DNA from: Pedosphaera sp.
GTDB taxonomy: Bacteria; Verrucomicrobiota; Verrucomicrobiia; Limisphaerales; SIBH01
Assembly (NCBI GenBank): GCA_031414955.1
Contig: JANOQV010000208.1
Span: 1-64,000, forward strand
Length of the DNA stretch: 64,000 bases
Direction of reading: 5' to 3'
Made by a program: the position numbers and the translations under genes. The notes under the pieces were generated by a model. The model saw only the letters and a program-made list of their open reading frames with translations. It made no database searches and was not told the DNA's origin. Below are positions 56,863 through 64,000 of the stretch, piece after piece; the stretch's first letter is position 1, and the number at the start of each line of letters is the position of its first letter.

Positions 56863-58029
56863 TCACGCCAGCCCGCGCTGGCGCAGTTCCTTCAACGTCC
56901 ATTCGTATTCCGCCACGAGCTGATCCACCACGCTGCGGTTCTTCATCTCCGGCGGCATCACTTCCCAGGTGTAGGTCTCCATCTCAAGGTGCGAGCAGAG
57001 GGTTGGATCGGCGGCCAGCGCGTCCATGACTTTCAACAAATGATCGGCCGTGGTGTTGAACAGCGGCGTGGGCGGGCAATGGAGCGGAACGTGGAAATGG
57101 ATGCGCCACTCGGGAGGTGGGTTGAGAGTTGAGAGCTGAGAGTTGAGCGCATCATCCAGATCGCGATAACGCGTCAAGGTGGCGTTGGCGCCGCGCTCGA
57201 TGACTTGATGAAAATAAACCGGCTCGCAAAAGCCCCGCAGCGCGGCGCGGGTCTCCGCGTTCGACAGTACCTTGAGCGCAGAGCTGAAATGCAGCTTGCT
57301 CACCCGGACGTCATGCTCGTGAAAGCGCGCCAGCACATTGGCCGGTCGCTCATATTCCACCGCCAGATGGCAGGTGTCGTAGTTCACGCCCAAATGGTCA
57401 CGTATTCGCGAGTCACCTGGATGCTCGTCGCGAAGTTGATCGAAGAACATCGTCGTCTCGGAGCTGGTCTCCAGATAGCAGAGCGGCTCCGGCTCCAGCC
57501 CGAGATGCAGCTTGCGTCCAGTGCGCTGGCTCACGCGCGCAATATGCTCGACCGTCCGCCACACGTTGTCGCGGATGGCCTGCACCTGCGCCTGGCTGGT
57601 GACGAATTCCTTGTACGAACCCGGCACCGTGCTGACGCTGCCCTCGACTCCCTCGGGCACGATCTGCGCCAGCAAATCGAACAGCAGGTTGGTGTATTCC
57701 ACGCGCGAGTCGGTCGTCCAGTCCGGCTGATAAACCTGCTCCTTCACCCGTGTGCCGTGGAACTTGCCGTAGGGAAATCCGTTGATGGTGAAGACGTAGC
57801 AATTCTCCCGGTCCAGCCAGCGGCGAAACTCCGTGAGCGTGCCGGCGTCGCTCAACTCCCGGGCCGCATCCGCCCCGAGCCGCAAGCCGATGGCGTAAGG
57901 CTTCCCCTTCGACACGCGATCCCGCACGGCCAGCGTGTATTTCTGGAGCGTGTCGAAGGTCTGCGCCCACGACTCGCCGCGATGGATGTTCGTGCAGTAG
58001 GCCAGGTGCAGTCCGTGATTCAATTGCAT
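56863..58029 (-). CDS. eboE: Metabolite traffic protein EboE (TIM barrel)
   Basis: LAYCTNIH.GESW, FTINGFPYG.FH..VKE.VY.PDW, LEPEP, YDTCHLAVE, EWRIHFHVPL, HLEMETYTW. Confidence 0.9.
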   Translation of the reverse strand: MQLNHGLHLAYCTNIHRGESWAQTFDTLQKYTLAVRDRVSKGKPYAIGLRLGADAARELSDAGTLTEFRRWLDRENCYVFTINGFPYGKFHGTRVKEQVYQPDWTTDSRVEYTNLLFDLLAQIVPEGVEGSVSTVPGSYKEFVTSQAQVQAIRDNVWRTVEHIARVSQRTGRKLHLGLEPEPLCYLETSSETTMFFDQLRDEHPGDSRIRDHLGVNYDTCHLAVEYERPANVLARFHEHDVRVSKLHFSSALKVLSNAETRAALRGFCEPVYFHQVIERGANATLTRYRDLDDALNSQLSTLNPPPEWRIHFHVPLHCPPTPLFNTTADHLLKVMDALAADPTLCSHLEMETYTWEVMPPEMKNRSVVDQLVAEYEWTLKELRQRGLA

Positions 58030-58071
58030 GGCGGGAATTAACCACGCGAGGACGGCGCGGCAGAGAAGATT

Positions 58072-58623
58072 CTACGACATCGGTGCGCCCACATTGATTC
58101 CGCGCTCCAGGCAATAGGCCGCGTTCGCCACGTACTTGTCGGCCCAATGCTTCAGCCCGGCGCGCTCCTCCGGTTTGAGCGGGCGAATGATCTTCGCCGG
58201 TGCGCCCATGACGAGTGAGCCGGCGGGAATCGTCATGCGCTGCGTGACCAGCGCCTTGGCCCCGATCAAGCACTGCTCGCCGATGACGGCACCGTCGAGG
58301 ATCACCGCGCCCATGCCGATCAGGCATTCATCGCCAATGGTGCAGGCGTGAACGATGGCCGAGTGCCCGATGGTGACGTAATTGCCGACCAGGCAGGCGT
58401 AGTCATCCGCCAGATGCAGCACCGCGTTGTCCTGGATGTTCGTATGATGGCCGACGACGATGCGGTTGATGTCGCCGCGCAACACGGCGTGATACCAGAC
58501 GCTGGAGTGGTCCCCGAGCGTGACGTCGCCCACGACCACGCCGGTCTGGGCGATGTAAACGCCCTGGCCCAGCGTGGGCTTGCGGGCGAGGAAAGTGTCG
58601 AGCTGTTTGTGCAATTCACTCAT
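58072..58623 (-). CDS. Gamma carbonic anhydrase family protein
   Basis: VGDVTLG..SSVWY.AVLRGD, NIQDNAVLH, VTIGHSAIVH hexapeptide repeats. Confidence 0.92.
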   Translation of the reverse strand: MSELHKQLDTFLARKPTLGQGVYIAQTGVVVGDVTLGDHSSVWYHAVLRGDINRIVVGHHTNIQDNAVLHLADDYACLVGNYVTIGHSAIVHACTIGDECLIGMGAVILDGAVIGEQCLIGAKALVTQRMTIPAGSLVMGAPAKIIRPLKPEERAGLKHWADKYVANAAYCLERGINVGAPMS

Positions 58624-58704
58624 GGCGCAATGGTGCGCGAGTTTCGCGCCGGGCCGTGCGGTGGCGAGGAGAAAACACAGCTCAAGGGCCTGTGGCCCAA
58701 ACCT

Positions 58705-58814
58705 CGGAGCGCGGGTTTTCAACCCGCCGCCAGCCAGTCGGGTCGGCCCGCGCCAGGAAATCATGGACGTTCCGACAGGTCGGGCGCGGCTGCGGAATGC
58801 CAATCCGCGATCCG
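58705..58814. repeat. Further copy of the 55943 REP with a degenerate partner arm
   Basis: CGGAGCGCGGGTTTTCAACCCGC at 58705-58727; GCTGCGGAATGCCAATCCGCGATCCG near 58789-58814. Confidence 0.7.
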
Positions 58815-58860
58815 GGCAGGCCGCGATGATTTGGGCCACACGCCCTCAAGTTGCGCTCCG

Positions 58861-59036
58861 CAGTATATCGATCCGGGCCTCGATGCACCGAGACTTGTGA
58901 CCGCGCATCCGTGGCAAAACTATGAGCACCATCCATGAACTGGACGCGGTGGCCCTGCTTACGCTGGAGGATTCCCAAGTGCGCCCGCTGGACACCCCGC
59001 GACATTCCCCACGCGCGCGAGTTGGACCACGCGTAA
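58861..59036 (+). pseudogene. Remnants of a DUF6883-like C-terminus and an internally deleted, frameshifted DUF4926-like gene
   Basis: YIDPGLDAPRLVTAHP, then ATG 58922 MSTIHELDAVAL/LTLEDSQVRPL and, in the +1 frame, TPRDIPHARELDHA*. Confidence 0.6.
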
Positions 59037-59043
59037 GGCAGGT

Positions 59044-59208
59044 TCAAGAACTGGACGGCTTTGGATCGCCTCCATAGAAAAGTCGCATCCCCTCGTCGCG
59101 GAGTTTCTTGCGTTCGGCCTCGGTTAGCTTGTTGCTGCGGGCGCGGAGTGCCTCGGCCTGGGCGTTTCCGGGTGACTTCTTCGGCTGGGCTGGCCTCGCA
59201 GTTTTCAT
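59044..59208 (-). CDS. Small basic hypothetical protein (54 aa)
   Basis: MKTARPAQPKK...NKLTEAERKKLRDEGMRLFYGG; plausible helical composition. Confidence 0.5.
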   Translation of the reverse strand: MKTARPAQPKKSPGNAQAEALRARSNKLTEAERKKLRDEGMRLFYGGDPKPSSS

Positions 59209-59264
59209 GGCAGGCTGTGTCGCACACGGAACTGGCGGTGTCAAAGATGGCGTGGATCAATGCC

Positions 59265-59339
59265 GTGAGCGTGCCGCCAGCGTCCCGCTGGCCCTGGGCG
59301 GAGGAAGGAAGGCCAGCAGGATGCTGGCGGCACGTTCAC
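59265..59339. repeat. REP-like inverted pair overlapping the ECF stop codon
   Basis: GTGAGCGTGCCGCCAGCGTCCCGCTGGCC ... GGCCAGCAGGATGCTGGCGGCACGTTCAC. Confidence 0.75.
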
Positions 59340-60040
59340 CCTTTCGCCAGCACTTCGACCAAGTAGCGCAACTCCATGTCCACATCTCCGCCCTCGTCCA
59401 CGGTCTGCGCGATCTCGGCGCGGATGACATCGCGAAATCGTTTTCTCAGGCGGTGAATGGCGACTTTGATCGCGCTCTCGCTCAGGCCGAGGCGCGTAGC
59501 GGCTTCGGCTTGCGGCAGCAACGCCGCGTCGCCCACCAGCCAGGGCTTGAGCACGGTGAATTGTTCCGCCTTGTCCGCGCCCGCGAACTCGGCGGCGAGG
59601 GTTTGCAGCGCGCGGTCCATCACGGCCAGCGCCCACTCGCGGTCGAAGAGCGTGTCGTCCGGCGTGCTGGTATGGTCGGCCACTTGCAACGCGGGCTGGG
59701 TGTCGGTCTGTGCGTCGAGTGATTCCGGCGCGACGCCGCTGCCGCGTTTCTGGCGATGTTCGCGGTCGCGCTGGTCGGCGAGGAAATGTTTCACCGCGCC
59801 GAGCAGGTAGGAGCGGAAACGCCCGCGTCGCGGGTCCGCCGCGCCGAGTCCGCCGCCCGCCAGCAGGCGCGCGAAAAATTCCTGCGTCAGTTCGCGCGCC
59901 GCATCCTCCTCGCGCCCCTCGCGGCGCAGGAAGCGGAAGACGGGCTGATAATACGCCTCGCACAACTCGCTCAACGCCCCGCGCGCCTCGACGCTTTCGC
60001 CCCGCGCGCGCAGGACGAGCGTCCAGCGCGTGGGGGCGAT
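59336..60040 (-). CDS. ECF sigma factor (kinase-associated PVC type), start missing or uncertain
   Basis: TRWTLVL, LCEAYYQPVF, A.ELTQEFF, RGRFRSYL, KRGSG, FDREWA, IKVAIHRLRKRF; no in-frame start near the conserved N-terminus. Confidence 0.8.
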   Translation of the reverse strand: MAPTRWTLVLRARGESVEARGALSELCEAYYQPVFRFLRREGREEDAARELTQEFFARLLAGGGLGAADPRRGRFRSYLLGAVKHFLADQRDREHRQKRGSGVAPESLDAQTDTQPALQVADHTSTPDDTLFDREWALAVMDRALQTLAAEFAGADKAEQFTVLKPWLVGDAALLPQAEAATRLGLSESAIKVAIHRLRKRFRDVIRAEIAQTVDEGGDVDMELRYLVEVLAKG

Positions 60041-60137
60041 GAGTGCTGAACTGGCTTCAACTTTTACGGCTTGAACAATCTCGGTGAAATGGCTCCAATG
60101 CCACGCCTGCACAACAGCAGGTTGAAATGGAATCACC

Positions 60138-61088
60138 ATGAAAACACTGCGCTGCTTCTTTCTTCTGTTGGCGTCATTGACCGGAGTGCGCCAATGCCTC
60201 GCGGCGGGTGCCAATTTCGGAATTCAAGTTGAGCGAGCGGTCAAAGTCAGCTTCCAGACCCAGCCGGGAAAATTCTACCAGCTTCTGCGTTCCCCATCGG
60301 TCGGCCCAACGGTTTGGACAAAGCTAGGCGACCCGATTCTAGGCGACGGACTCAGGTACGACGCCGGCTTTTTAACCGGGAGCAATGTTCAGGCTTTTTT
60401 CAAAGTCCAAGAGGTCGGTCCAACCAACGGCCTGGTCCTCTACTATCCGTTCAACGGCAACGCGAATGATGACAGCGGATACAGCAACAATGGAATTGTC
60501 AGCGGCGCTACGCTCGGCACGAATCGCTTTGGCGTGGCCGGCAATTCGTATGCTTTTAAGGCGACAGGCTCCTATCCGCTTTGGGTCGGGGATACGATCT
60601 CCACTGCGAATACCAACGGGTTCCCCACTTCCACAGCCGACGTGAGCGTTTCCATGTGGGCGAAGCTTTCCCTCATCGGGCCTGATTACCATCTGCTCTT
60701 TGCCAATAGAGAGAACAACCAGTTCCAATTGGGAATCGGAGTCTTCACTGGCACCAACTCGCCCATTGAGTTTTACAGCGGCTTCGGCCTCACGGCCCCA
60801 AGTCTTCAGACAGCTCCATTGGGTTGGAGCCTGGGCCAGTGGTACAACATTCAGCTTACCCGTTCCGCAAATCTCGTGACGATCTATCGTGACGGCGTTG
60901 CACTGGCTCAAGGAATCGTGGCCACGGGGAATGAAGCGGCCCCGGCCAAACTGGTTTTGGACTTCGGCTGGCGAACTTTGCCAGGAGCTGGAAACCATCC
61001 ATTGTGGGGTCAGTTGGACGATATTTTCCTCTACAACCGCGCCCTCAGCGGTGCCGAACTGCAAACCTTGTTGAACTTGCAAGAGTGA
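60138..61088 (+). CDS. Secreted LamG-like jellyroll protein
   Basis: Signal peptide; GLVLYYPFNGNAND.SG, NRFG, GQLDDIFLYNRALS. Confidence 0.88.
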   Translation: MKTLRCFFLLLASLTGVRQCLAAGANFGIQVERAVKVSFQTQPGKFYQLLRSPSVGPTVWTKLGDPILGDGLRYDAGFLTGSNVQAFFKVQEVGPTNGLVLYYPFNGNANDDSGYSNNGIVSGATLGTNRFGVAGNSYAFKATGSYPLWVGDTISTANTNGFPTSTADVSVSMWAKLSLIGPDYHLLFANRENNQFQLGIGVFTGTNSPIEFYSGFGLTAPSLQTAPLGWSLGQWYNIQLTRSANLVTIYRDGVALAQGIVATGNEAAPAKLVLDFGWRTLPGAGNHPLWGQLDDIFLYNRALSGAELQTLLNLQE

Positions 61089-61136
61089 CTGAAAGGAAAA
61101 GGCGTTTCCGACTCTGAGGGGTTCACCCTTTCCGGC

Positions 61137-61946
61137 CTAACGTACTGTTATGGTCGCGCTGAGTTCAGATAAGTGTGATTCAAAATCGTGAAGTAGTGCA
61201 TCCGCTGAGAATGTTGCCATGTCTGCCTCGACCCACTTCAAGAAGTCGCGAGCGATGAGGAAAAAAGACCACCAAGCAACTTCTAACGGGAGCCGCCAAT
61301 CCTCGGGTGTGATGAACTCACCCAGCTCCTTACTGCCGCCGAGATTCTTGCGGTAAAGGTTGCCTGCCTCAAAATTCGTATGCGTGTATGCGGAAAGAAG
61401 AATGTAGAACCGGTACAGGTGTGGCCCGTCGATGTCCTTGAGCATCTCCCAAAGTTTCGGTGCCTGCTTTGGAAGAGAGTATCCCCGCTCGGAAAGGAGC
61501 TTTGAAATGGCGGCATCGAATCGAGCGTATGTCTCATGGCGGCGTCCATAGGCCGCCGCAGCGTCTTTTGGTGTGTGCTCGCTGCGCTCCAACTTGGAGC
61601 AATGCTCTATCGCAGAACGAAGATGCAGAACCCATCGCACCTCTCGTTCATACGGGTCAACGGGGTGGAGCATCCACCGGGCGCGAACGCTGGCCTCAAA
61701 GACTGCACGAGAGACAACAATCGCGGATGGAAGTAAAACAAGGTCGTGGCGGGCCAACTGGCATACCGACTCCAAGTGGCGAATCAGAAGCTTCATGATG
61801 GTGTAAGTCTCCGTCTCAGCTTCGAAACGGCGAATCGTCCCTCGAATCGTGTCGAGGCTCGCCAGATACCGCTCAATGAGCAAGTCGGAGTCGTCGCAAA
61901 GCGCGAGGACTTCCTTGGTTGGTGGCTGGACGATGGAATTGGTCAC
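61137..61946 (-). CDS. DUF5677-like hypothetical protein
   Basis: SRAVFEA and Y.FY..LSAYTH (RxxxE...YxxxSxxxH pattern). Confidence 0.7.
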   Translation of the reverse strand: MTNSIVQPPTKEVLALCDDSDLLIERYLASLDTIRGTIRRFEAETETYTIMKLLIRHLESVCQLARHDLVLLPSAIVVSRAVFEASVRARWMLHPVDPYEREVRWVLHLRSAIEHCSKLERSEHTPKDAAAAYGRRHETYARFDAAISKLLSERGYSLPKQAPKLWEMLKDIDGPHLYRFYILLSAYTHTNFEAGNLYRKNLGGSKELGEFITPEDWRLPLEVAWWSFFLIARDFLKWVEADMATFSADALLHDFESHLSELSATITVR

Positions 61947-61967
61947 GCGACGGAGCGGCCCAGACGA

Positions 61968-62285
61968 TCAAGATTGCTGAAGAACGCCGCGATATTTGTG
62001 AAGGCTGCCAGAGAGAATCGTGAGTCCTCGGTTCTGGTTCTCCGGAGAGGAGTAATCGTAGCTTTTGCCCGGTTCGAGAGTCAGGTCGCATCCAAACGTG
62101 ACGGTGTCAAAAGAATACCTCTCAGGTTGTGGAGGGCCATCGGCGCGCAATGCTTCCTCTACGCCGGGAAATATGCCAGCAGGTGTTATGGTTGCGGGAG
62201 GCGCGGGATGGACTTTGAAGTCATTGAGGTGGTAATCTTGTCCGTTGATTCGGATTCGATGCTGACTGGTTAAATCTGTTGCCAT
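61968..62285 (-). CDS. Hypothetical protein
   Basis: 105-aa ORF in an AT-richer tract, co-oriented with its neighbours. Confidence 0.55.
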   Translation of the reverse strand: MATDLTSQHRIRINGQDYHLNDFKVHPAPPATITPAGIFPGVEEALRADGPPQPERYSFDTVTFGCDLTLEPGKSYDYSSPENQNRGLTILSGSLHKYRGVLQQS

Positions 62286-62415
62286 AGTATTTTCTATTTT
62301 TTGGATTTGGAGATAACTCGCCAATGGAAATTCGACAGCGATTTGGGGTTCAGCCCGGCAGTGAAACAGTCAGGGAACGTGGTCATTTTCCGCATTTTCG
62401 ATGTTTTTCCAGCAA

Positions 62416-62667
62416 AGCCACCGTTTCCGGCCCGATGGATCGTATTCCCGTGACTGTAAAACGGCATTTCACGGTCGCGGTCTGCCTCGCCGCTGTCGCG
62501 GGAGAGACTCCTACGGTCGTGAAATGGCATTTCATTGTCGCTAAATCATGCCCAATAGTCATGTAACCACATTCCATGCCCATAAAACGGCTTCCCACGA
62601 CCGATTGGCGGCAAACCACGACCCCGGAACTGAGTTCCACGGGCACGGATTTGCCGTCCGTGGTCAT
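62416..62667 (-). repeat. Array of about 12 degenerate 21-nt repeats (also read as the 94-aa ORF 62383-62667)
   Basis: Minus-strand units such as GCGACAATGAAATGCCATTTC, GCGACCGTGAAATGCCGTTTT, TCGGTCGTGGGAAGCCGTTTT, ATGGGCATGGAATGTGGTTAC in exact 21-nt register. Confidence 0.7.
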
Positions 62668-63087
62668 TTAACTGGACGAACTGCTGCTCGAATCGCTGCC
62701 GGAAGACGACGAGGAACTGCTGTTTGACGAGGACGACGAGCCGCGTTTGTTCGCCCCGGTCACGTTCTTGCGCGTGTTGAGGACTTGTTTGCCTTCGGCG
62801 GTCTTCTTGCCCATCGCGCCGGAGAGCAGGTCCACGGCGTCGCTGAAAGTCGTGTAATTGTTCGTGGCCGAAAGCTCGAAGGCTTTCTGCGAGTTGGTGA
62901 GGGTGGTGCGCTGGTTGTCGCGCGCGGTTTTCTTGGCGAACACATCGGCACGAATGCCGGTGAGGCTCGTCTTGACGGTGGCGGACGTGACACCTTTGGC
63001 CGTGATGGCGGCGGTGTTGTCGTCGATGAACTTGATGAGGGTGTCGAGGGAACCCAGGAACTCTTCGGGATCAGGTTGAAATGCCAT
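62668..63087 (-). CDS. Hypothetical helical protein with poly-Ser tail
   Basis: 139 aa, strong GC3 codon bias, GAAAG before the ATG; ends GSSSSSNSSSSSSSGSDSSSSSSS. Confidence 0.8.
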   Translation of the reverse strand: MAFQPDPEEFLGSLDTLIKFIDDNTAAITAKGVTSATVKTSLTGIRADVFAKKTARDNQRTTLTNSQKAFELSATNNYTTFSDAVDLLSGAMGKKTAEGKQVLNTRKNVTGANKRGSSSSSNSSSSSSSGSDSSSSSSS

Positions 63088-63196
63088 AAATGTCTTTCGT
63101 GTGCGTTGGCGGGAAGCTGACGATTCGGCGAAAGGCGGGCAAGCTCAAAAGTGCCTTCCATTTTTCGGAGCGGTTAGGTCAATCTTTTCGCGCGCC

Positions 63197-64000
63197 ATGA
63201 AATCCCGTCCACGCCTCTACTGCTTCAACTGGCCGTCGAACTTCGGCGGGGCGGACACGAAGTTTGTGCATCTGCTTTTGCTGCTGCATCGGGACTTTGA
63301 AATCACCGTCTGCCCGAACCGGCGCGAACAACTCCTGCAACTCGGCTGGCGGAAATTCCTGAAACGTCTCGGCGTGAAGGCCGCGATGCTGGATGACCTG
63401 CCGCAAAAACTTTCCGGCTGGGCGCTCTCGCTCTGCAATGGCGGCTTCTGGAAAGACGGCCTCGGCGTGGAGTGCAAACGGCGCGGGCTGAAAGTGGCGT
63501 GGTCGAGCGAGATGATGTGGCATCACGGCGGCGAATGTGGCGCGGCACAGTGGGGACTCATCGACCGGGTGCTGTTCGTTTCCGAGGCGCAGCGCGCCGT
63601 GCTCGCGGACGGCTATGGGAAATGTCCGTGGGCCATCACGGGGAATTACATCGAGCCAAGTTTCTTTCCCTTCTCGGAACGAGTCCGGGCGAAAGATGCG
63701 CCGCTCGTCATCGGCAGGCTCTCACGGCCTGACCCCGCGAAGTTCCCGCCGGACTTCCCGGAGTTTTACGAATCGCTGGACGGCAGGAAGAAGAACGCGA
63801 CGAAGTTCCGTGTCATGGCGTGGAGCGAGCAAATGCGGGACGTGTACAAAACTCACCGCTTCGATGCGCGCTGGGATTTGCTGGAGAAGGAAACGGAATC
63901 GCAAGTGGACTTCCTGCACTCGCTCGATCTGTTCGTGTACTCGCTCGGCCCAACGTTTCGCGAGTCGTGGGGGCGTTCGACAGTGGAAGCGATGCTCACC
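63197..64000 (+). CDS. Glycosyltransferase (GT-B, GT4-like), runs off the window end
   Basis: ATG 63197 open to the end; FGGADT, FVSEAQ, IGRLSR..PAK, DLFVY..ESWGRSTVEAM (EX7E); absent from the ORF track because no stop is reached. Confidence 0.85.
   Translation, partial: MKSRPRLYCFNWPSNFGGADTKFVHLLLLLHRDFEITVCPNRREQLLQLGWRKFLKRLGVKAAMLDDLPQKLSGWALSLCNGGFWKDGLGVECKRRGLKVAWSSEMMWHHGGECGAAQWGLIDRVLFVSEAQRAVLADGYGKCPWAITGNYIEPSFFPFSERVRAKDAPLVIGRLSRPDPAKFPPDFPEFYESLDGRKKNATKFRVMAWSEQMRDVYKTHRFDARWDLLEKETESQVDFLHSLDLFVYSLGPTFRESWGRSTVEAMLT

Noticed and set aside
62416..62667. CRISPR or DGR interpretation of the 21-nt array
   Set aside because: No identical repeats with unique spacers, no cas genes, and no reverse transcriptase or template/variable repeat pair visible in the window.

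Overview
GC-rich bacterial chromosome segment. Gene content and repeat types suggest Verrucomicrobiota (inference). Housekeeping genes (pdxJ, folB, mutS, acs, apgM, mscL, tig, pyrF) are mixed with accessory loci: a probable apiose-utilisation set, an orphan TssB-TssC sheath fusion beside a kinase-like protein, a DUF433/DUF5615 toxin-antitoxin pair, and a five-gene type II FAS/PKS-like operon with no ACP. The clearest unannotated structure is a 37.8-46.2 kb locus where four promoters share a GCAAG-N16-GCAA(G/C) direct repeat at a near-fixed distance from the -10 box, next to two paralogous Cys-rich AraC regulators. The more AT-rich right end holds decayed genes and a 139-aa protein followed directly by about 12 degenerate 21-nt repeats. 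Several secreted proteins share a short terminal domain. I saw no tRNA, rRNA, CRISPR array, integrase or transposase. All family assignments come from motif recognition, not database searches.
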